Positions 58,128 to 64,000 of a stretch of DNA of 64,000 nucleotides are shown piece by piece; position 1 is the stretch's first letter; every line of letters begins with the position of its first letter. Origin of the DNA: a virus. The notes below the pieces were generated by a model, which saw nothing but the letters and a program-made list of their open reading frames with translations, was not told the DNA's origin and made no database searches. The position numbers were made by a program, and so were the translations under genes. The stretch lies in the IMG/VR virus record IMGVR_UViG_3300025840_000013; one strand, given 5' to 3'.

Positions 58128-60680
58128 ATGGCAATTAATTTTCCAAGCAATCCGACAAATGCACAAGAAGTAACAGAGGGCAATGTAACATATGTTTACA
58201 ATGCCACAAAAGGTTATTGGGAAAGTTCTGAAGTTTCTTCTGGTGGTGCATCTATAGATGTTCTTGCAGATATGACTGCGTTAATTGCAAAAACAGGAAT
58301 GTCTAATGGAGATCAGGCATTTGTAACAGGAAACAATAATCTTTATATATATTCTGGTTCTGGTTGGTATAAGATTGCCACAGTACAGAATGACTCACCA
58401 AGTGCAATCACTGGAGTGAATGGAACTTATTCACTCGCTATAGATGGAACTCCTACAGTTATTACAGCGGTTTCTACAGACCCAGAAGGATTCCCTCTGA
58501 CATGGAGTTATTCAACATCTGGACTTGAAAGTATTGCTACAGTGAGTCAGGTAGATAATGTATTCACAATTACACCTAGTACTGATGATGCCAATTTCGG
58601 AACATTTACTTTAACAATTAATGCAACTGATGGTGTTAATGGTGCGGTTAGTGCGAATACATCTATATCCTTGGAATTTCAGATTTTAAATAGTAATTAC
58701 ACAACTTTGTTAGCCACTGCTACGGGTACGTCAGACAATAATAACATTACAGATGCTTCTTCAAATAGCCATAGCATCACAGTAACTGGTGATGCTCATG
58801 CTGGTACATTTAGTCCATATAGAAACGGCGGTTATAGTACTTACTTTGATGGTTCCGGCGATAAACTTACATTGGGTGGCTCTGCACTCTCAGATTTTAA
58901 TTTCGGAACTAACTCATTTAGTATTGAGTTTTGGTTCTACCCGACAGGAGCACAAGGCCCGATTTTTAATACACATAGAGTTGATGTGGCGACTGGATAC
59001 TACCTATCTACCACTGGAACTAATCAGTTTGTATTCGGACGATATGTGGATGGGGGGTATGGTGATTCTTGGAGTACAGTTAATGCTTACACGCTAAATG
59101 AGTGGCACCATGTAAGTCTAAATAGAGATGCAAATAACGGTAATTCACTAAAATTATATGTAAATGGTTCTTTAGTACTTACAACCACAGATTCCGCTAA
59201 TTATGATTCTTACAGTTATGGGCCATATATAGGAGGCTATGATGCGGGAGGAACACAATATAACGTAGAAGGATATATAAGTGATCTCATTGTAGCGAAT
59301 GGCTCTGTTTTAAGAACAGGTGGCACATCACTTGGTGATGTAGCATTTTCAACACCCACAGAGGCATTCGAATCTGATGCTAATACCGTATTATTTATTA
59401 GCAGTTCTCTTCCATATATTAAAGATAGTTCGTCTAACTCACATGATATTACAGTAACTGGTGACGTTTCCATAATCCCATTCACGCCATATGACTACCT
59501 TGAATATAATCCAAACGTCCACGGCGGATCTGTATATTTTGATGGTACGGGGGATTATTTAACGGTCGGTTCGAACATACATAACAATATTGGAACAGGT
59601 GATTTTACCGTAGAGGCTTGGATATATCTTGATGAAGCGATAGGCTCAGTCAGGGGAATATTCGGCTCTGGCCCGAACGATGCCGATGATCAGTTTATGC
59701 TGGCTCTTTTGAGTAGTGGCGTTTTTTATTTTGACTTTGGGGGTTCACAAGATTATTTTCAAACAACCGCAGTAATAGACGAAAAAGTATGGAACCACAT
59801 AGCATTAACACGATCAGGAACATCTTTTAATATTTGGTTGAACGGAACAAGTATTCTTTCAACTTCACTTAGTACAAGTATAGGTGGTGCATCTAACTTT
59901 ACAGTTGGTACGGCACGTGTTGGAGATTATGTTTGGAAGGGTTACATCTCTGACTTAAGAGTAGTCACTGGTTCAGCGGTTTACACCGCCGAATTTACAC
60001 CACCTACCGCTCCACTATCTTCTTCTGGTTCATCATTACACATCAAAGGTACAGACGCTTCTATTATTGATAAGTCTCAAAGTAGTAATCTAAAAGTCTT
60101 TGGAAATACTACTGGTTCAACAACTCAGGTTAAGTTTACAGATTCAAAGTCAATGTATTTTGCTGGTACTGGGGATTATTTAGAAACATCTTCTACCAGT
60201 TTAGGTAATTTTAACTTTGGAACTGGTGATTTTACTGTTGAGTGCTTTCTAAGAAATGTGCATCAACCGAGCACGTATTTTGATATTTTGGGAACTGCAA
60301 ATAATGCTGCTTATGTTGGGTCAAATAGAGGTGGTTGGATGTTGTCTTACTACACTTCTCAGCATCTAAAATTTAATTATCAGTATAATAATACTTGGAT
60401 TTTTGAAAACTCTTTTGCTCAGACTTTAAATATTAATACTTGGTATCATATAGCTGTAACTCGGCAGGGCACCCAATTAAAATGTTTTCTTGATGGGAAT
60501 CAAGTTGGTTCTACTATCACTGATTCAACAAATATTATCAGTACCGAGCCTTTTAATATAGCAAGAGGTTATGGAGGTGTGGTATATACCACTGGCTATA
60601 TTCAAGATGTAAGAATTACCAAAGGTCTTGCAAGGTACACCGCAAACTTTACACCGCCCACAGAACCACTAAAAGGTTAA
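58128..60680 (+). CDS. Cassette 2 gene F: Ig-like plus three LamG/ConA-like domains
   Basis: MAINFPSNP N-terminus; paralog of 48129 with near-identical linker blocks. Confidence 0.8.
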   Translation: MAINFPSNPTNAQEVTEGNVTYVYNATKGYWESSEVSSGGASIDVLADMTALIAKTGMSNGDQAFVTGNNNLYIYSGSGWYKIATVQNDSPSAITGVNGTYSLAIDGTPTVITAVSTDPEGFPLTWSYSTSGLESIATVSQVDNVFTITPSTDDANFGTFTLTINATDGVNGAVSANTSISLEFQILNSNYTTLLATATGTSDNNNITDASSNSHSITVTGDAHAGTFSPYRNGGYSTYFDGSGDKLTLGGSALSDFNFGTNSFSIEFWFYPTGAQGPIFNTHRVDVATGYYLSTTGTNQFVFGRYVDGGYGDSWSTVNAYTLNEWHHVSLNRDANNGNSLKLYVNGSLVLTTTDSANYDSYSYGPYIGGYDAGGTQYNVEGYISDLIVANGSVLRTGGTSLGDVAFSTPTEAFESDANTVLFISSSLPYIKDSSSNSHDITVTGDVSIIPFTPYDYLEYNPNVHGGSVYFDGTGDYLTVGSNIHNNIGTGDFTVEAWIYLDEAIGSVRGIFGSGPNDADDQFMLALLSSGVFYFDFGGSQDYFQTTAVIDEKVWNHIALTRSGTSFNIWLNGTSILSTSLSTSIGGASNFTVGTARVGDYVWKGYISDLRVVTGSAVYTAEFTPPTAPLSSSGSSLHIKGTDASIIDKSQSSNLKVFGNTTGSTTQVKFTDSKSMYFAGTGDYLETSSTSLGNFNFGTGDFTVECFLRNVHQPSTYFDILGTANNAAYVGSNRGGWMLSYYTSQHLKFNYQYNNTWIFENSFAQTLNINTWYHIAVTRQGTQLKCFLDGNQVGSTITDSTNIISTEPFNIARGYGGVVYTTGYIQDVRITKGLARYTANFTPPTEPLKG

Positions 60681-60691
60681 CTTAAAAAACA

Positions 60692-60699
60692 TATAAATA
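60692..60699 (+). promoter_or_regulatory. T4-type late promoter for the neck/terminase genes
   Basis: TATAAATA, then a GAGGT SD before 60724. Confidence 0.8.
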
Positions 60700-60723
60700 G
60701 TCATATCAAAAGAGAGGTATGAC

Positions 60724-61470
60724 ATGGCCGTAGTTACATCTAGAGCTGAATTTAAAGAATATTGTCTTAGAAAACTAGGTTCTCCAGTTATTCAAATAAA
60801 TGTCGCAGATGAACAAGTAGAAGATCGTGTAGACGATGCACTAGAGTTTTATCGTGACTATCATTTTGATGCGGTAGAGGATGTTTTTCTCAAGCACCAA
60901 ATAACTGAAGACGATATTACAAATCGATATATTCCTATTAATGACTTAGTAATTGGAGTTAAGAGAGTAATTCCTCTTTATGAAAAATTCAGTCATAGTA
61001 CAAATATGTTTGATGTTAGATATCAAATGTTCTTAAACGATGTTTATAATTTAAGAAGTACAGAGATGTTATCATATGAATTGACTCAAAGTCATATTCA
61101 ATTAGTCAATGATATGATTACTGGCCAAGTTCCCATCAGATTTAACAGACATCAAAACCAACTTCATCTTGATATTGATTGGGATGAGGCATTAGTTGTT
61201 GGTGAGTTTATTATCGTAGAAGCGATGAGGGTTCTTGACCCTGATGTTTATACAGATGTTTGGAATGACAGATGGTTAAAAAGATATGCAACCGCACTGA
61301 TTAAAAAACAATGGGGAGAAAATTTATCGAAGTACGAAGGCATTTCGATGCCTGGAGGTGTGACCTTCAACGGTTCCAGAATTCTTGATGAAGCAAATCA
61401 AGAAATAGAACAACTGGAACAAGAAATGTCTTTAAGTTATGAACTTCCTGTAGACATTATGGTGGGATAG
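60724..61470 (+). CDS. gp13: Neck protein (T4 gp13-like)
   Basis: YCLRKLGSPVIQINV..EQVEDR.DDAL, WLKRYATALIKKQWGENLSKY.G..MPGGVT.NG; synteny. Confidence 0.95.
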   Translation: MAVVTSRAEFKEYCLRKLGSPVIQINVADEQVEDRVDDALEFYRDYHFDAVEDVFLKHQITEDDITNRYIPINDLVIGVKRVIPLYEKFSHSTNMFDVRYQMFLNDVYNLRSTEMLSYELTQSHIQLVNDMITGQVPIRFNRHQNQLHLDIDWDEALVVGEFIIVEAMRVLDPDVYTDVWNDRWLKRYATALIKKQWGENLSKYEGISMPGGVTFNGSRILDEANQEIEQLEQEMSLSYELPVDIMVG

Positions 61471-61474
61471 TCAT

Positions 61475-62356
61475 ATGGCTACAAATCAGTATTTTAACAC
61501 TATATCATTTGCACCAGAGCAATCCTTAACAGAAAATCTTGTCGCTGAATCGATTCAGATTCACGGGCAGGATATGTATTATCTGAAAAGAACCGATGTA
61601 AACGAAGATACTGTTTTTAACGAGTCAACTATAAGTGAATTTAATGATGCATTTTCTATAGAAATGTACATCGAAGACGCAGATGGTTTCCAAGGAGAGG
61701 GAGACTTCTTGTCCAAGTTTGGATTGGAGATTAGAGATCAATTAAATCTTATTGTGTCTATTAAAAGATGGGAAGAAGAGTCCACAATGCAATACCCACA
61801 AGAAGGTGACTTAGTATATTGGCCATTGCAAGATAAAGTATATGAAATTAAATTCGTAGAAGACGAAGTTTCTTTCTGGCAATTAGGTAAAAGATATGTC
61901 TATAGATTATCGACAGAATCATTTGAATTCTCAAGTGAGAAGTTTAATACAGGGATTGATGAGATTGATGATATTCAACAACAAACATTTGTTACTGTCG
62001 ATTTAACTTTGGGTACTGGAACTGGTGATTTTATCGTAGGCGAAATAGTATATCAGGGTGCAAACTTCGATTCAGCAACAGCAACAGGTACAGTAGAAAC
62101 TTGGAATTCTGGAACTAAGGTTTTGAAACTTTCAAACCTTACAGGGAGTTTTGCACAAAACACAAATACTGTTGGTAGAGACAGTGGTGCAAATTATCTA
62201 TTGGGCGCAACGCAACAGATTGTATATACAGAAAACAAGACAACAGACACCACAGATGGAACTTCTGGACAAGACACAGTATTCACTGGATCAAGTTCAA
62301 ATGTAGAAAAGGTTATCGACTTTACCGTTGGAAACCCATTCAGTGAGGATTACTAA
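61475..62356 (+). CDS. gp14: Neck/head-closure protein (T4 gp14-like)
   Basis: EQ.L.ENLVAESIQ..G.D.YYL.R, GFQGEGDFLSKFGLEIRD, P.EGDL.YWP, terminal NPF.E. Confidence 0.93.
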   Translation: MATNQYFNTISFAPEQSLTENLVAESIQIHGQDMYYLKRTDVNEDTVFNESTISEFNDAFSIEMYIEDADGFQGEGDFLSKFGLEIRDQLNLIVSIKRWEEESTMQYPQEGDLVYWPLQDKVYEIKFVEDEVSFWQLGKRYVYRLSTESFEFSSEKFNTGIDEIDDIQQQTFVTVDLTLGTGTGDFIVGEIVYQGANFDSATATGTVETWNSGTKVLKLSNLTGSFAQNTNTVGRDSGANYLLGATQQIVYTENKTTDTTDGTSGQDTVFTGSSSNVEKVIDFTVGNPFSEDY

Positions 62357-63123
62357 TGTTAGGTAATAGTCCATATTATAGAAGTACAATTAGAAACTAT
62401 GTTATTGCATTTGGTTCTATATTCGATGATATTACTATCGATAGAAGAAACGCCAATGGAGATGTGTTGGAAACGATTAAGGTTCCTCTTGCATACGGCC
62501 CTTCACAAAAATATCTGGCAAGAATAAATCAACCAGCAGGAAATCTTGGAGATTCTGTTGCAATCACCTTGCCTAGAATGAGTTTTGAAATTTCTGGATT
62601 TACATACGCACCAGAAAGAAAATTTTCTAAGACACAAAAAATGTCTAGACAAAATTCTACAGACCCAAATACTAAAAATTATGTGTATAATCCAGTCCCT
62701 TATGATATTGGATTTACTTTAACAGTCATGGCAAAAAATGCGGATGACGCAACTCAAATAGTAGAACAGATATTACCATACTTTACTCCTACCTTTAATA
62801 TACCAATAAAAGAAGCAAATGAGTTAAGTGTAATTCGTGATACAGGATTGACATTAAATTCTGTATCATATGAGGATGATTATGAAGGAGACTTTCTATC
62901 TAGAAGAGCGCTTCTGTGGACATTAGAATTTACATTAAATGGATTTTTCTATGGTGTTCCAAGAGAACAAAAAATCATTAGAACAAGTACTGCAACAGTG
63001 GGCGACTTAGATAGTTCAGAAGTAACATATGCGGAAGCAACAGTAACAACTGACCCTAGTAATGCACTTCAAACAGATAACTATGAATTTTTGACCACAT
63101 TTAATGAAGACTTTGGAGAATAA
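62356..63123 (+). CDS. gp15: Tail sheath stabiliser / tail terminator (T4 gp15-like)
   Basis: IRNYVIAFGSIFDDI, KVPLAYGP, LPRMSFE, PVPY, QIVEQILPYF.P. Confidence 0.95.
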   Translation: MLGNSPYYRSTIRNYVIAFGSIFDDITIDRRNANGDVLETIKVPLAYGPSQKYLARINQPAGNLGDSVAITLPRMSFEISGFTYAPERKFSKTQKMSRQNSTDPNTKNYVYNPVPYDIGFTLTVMAKNADDATQIVEQILPYFTPTFNIPIKEANELSVIRDTGLTLNSVSYEDDYEGDFLSRRALLWTLEFTLNGFFYGVPREQKIIRTSTATVGDLDSSEVTYAEATVTTDPSNALQTDNYEFLTTFNEDFGE

Positions 63124-63125
63124 CA

Positions 63126-63584
63126 ATGAAGAAACTAGATGATGAGCAGTTAAGTAAGTTTCTTGAAATCGATAACAAAATAGAAAAGAAATCACAAGAA
63201 ATAATAGAACGTCAAAAAAATAATGTAGAAATTTATAAAGACAAAGAATCTAGAAACGAAGATATTGAAGAAGACTATCAATATCACAGAGAACTTTTAA
63301 AAGATTTAGTTTCTATGGGACAAGAATCTTTACAAAATTTGATGATGATTGCAAGGGAAAGTGAACATCCCAGAGCATATGAAGTGACTGCAGGACTTTT
63401 GAAAACTACTGGCGATTTAGCAAAAGATTTAATAGAACTTCAATTGACAATGAATAAAATAGAAAACACTAAAGACGGTGGAGTTCCACAAAAAGTAGTG
63501 AATAACGCAATATTGGTTGGAAGTACCAATGAACTCTTAGAAAGACTAAGAGGTAAAAATAGAGAAGAAGATACTGATGAGTGA
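63126..63584 (+). CDS. gp16: Terminase small subunit (T4 gp16-like)
   Basis: DYQY.RE.L..L...G, ESEHPRAYEV, NNAILVGST.EL. Confidence 0.93.
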   Translation: MKKLDDEQLSKFLEIDNKIEKKSQEIIERQKNNVEIYKDKESRNEDIEEDYQYHRELLKDLVSMGQESLQNLMMIARESEHPRAYEVTAGLLKTTGDLAKDLIELQLTMNKIENTKDGGVPQKVVNNAILVGSTNELLERLRGKNREEDTDE

Positions 63585-64000
63585 AGTATATCATAACAAC
63601 CCCAATCTAAAAGCAGCTGGGGTTGAGATTGAATGGACTGAAGAACAGGCCGCAGAATATGTCAAGTGTATGGAAGACCCTATACATTTTATTAAGACAT
63701 ATATGAAGATTGTCAATGTTGATAAGGGCTTGGTAAACTTTGACCTATATCCATTCCAAGAAAAGATGATTAGATCATTTCATGATGAAAGATTTACTAT
63801 TTGTAAAATTGGGAGACAGTCTGGTAAGTCTATTACATGTATTGCATTCTTTCTTCACTATATTCTTTTCAACAAAGATGTTTCTGTTGCATTACTTGCA
63901 AACAAACTTGCTACTGCAAGGGAATTATTAAGTAGACTACAAAGAGCATACGAGAATCTTCCAAAATGGTTACAACAAGGCGTGATGGTTTGGAATAAAG
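63577..64000 (+). CDS. gp17: Terminase large subunit, 5' part (T4 gp17-like)
   Basis: Not in the ORF track because it runs off the end. Translates MSEVYHNNPNLKAAG...CMEDPIHF...LYPFQ...KIGRQSGKS (Walker A)...LLANK...LPKWLQQG; overlaps the gp16 stop. Confidence 0.95.
   Translation, partial: MSEVYHNNPNLKAAGVEIEWTEEQAAEYVKCMEDPIHFIKTYMKIVNVDKGLVNFDLYPFQEKMIRSFHDERFTICKIGRQSGKSITCIAFFLHYILFNKDVSVALLANKLATARELLSRLQRAYENLPKWLQQGVMVWNK

Noticed and set aside
48-59485. Many 60-130 aa alternative-frame and minus-strand ORFs in the track
   Set aside because: All overlap long + strand genes and show no recognisable motifs.
48129-60680. Diversity-generating retroelement (similar 3' ends of the LamG genes)
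   Set aside because: No reverse transcriptase or non-coding template repeat in the window. Differences between the copies are mostly synonymous and not adenine-specific.
1-64000. Stop-codon reassignment
   Set aside because: TAA, TAG and TGA all end genes at sensible positions (gp13 TAG, gp16 TGA), and coding density is already near complete.

Overview
A gene-dense, AT-rich, entirely + strand block of late (virion structural) genes from a large T4-like myovirus. The motif content suggests a marine phage, but the host cannot be determined. The right end carries the T4 core run: neck gp13, neck gp14, tail terminator gp15, small terminase gp16 and the 5' part of large terminase gp17. The ~60 kb upstream is an unusually large appendage/fibre region driven by T4-type late promoters (TATAAATA). 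It contains: a 1894-aa mosaic adhesin-like protein; four paralogous large proteins sharing one split conserved core with different inserts; a 1719-aa polyacidic protein built on a 14-residue period; a 1770-aa lectin-like protein overlapping a PAAR gene; a 3277-aa repeat fibre; and a tandemly duplicated six-gene cassette (cupredoxin-like, small acidic, propeller/Ig-like, variable, docking-module and LamG proteins). The best candidates for an undescribed system are the paralogous core-plus-insert family and the duplicated cassette with shared short terminal modules, which may build a branched or hairy modular appendage. The DNA also shows strong avoidance of GGWCC and WCC(N)GGW. No tRNA, CRISPR, RT/DGR, integrase or intron was seen. 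All domain calls come from recognising motifs by eye, not from database searches.
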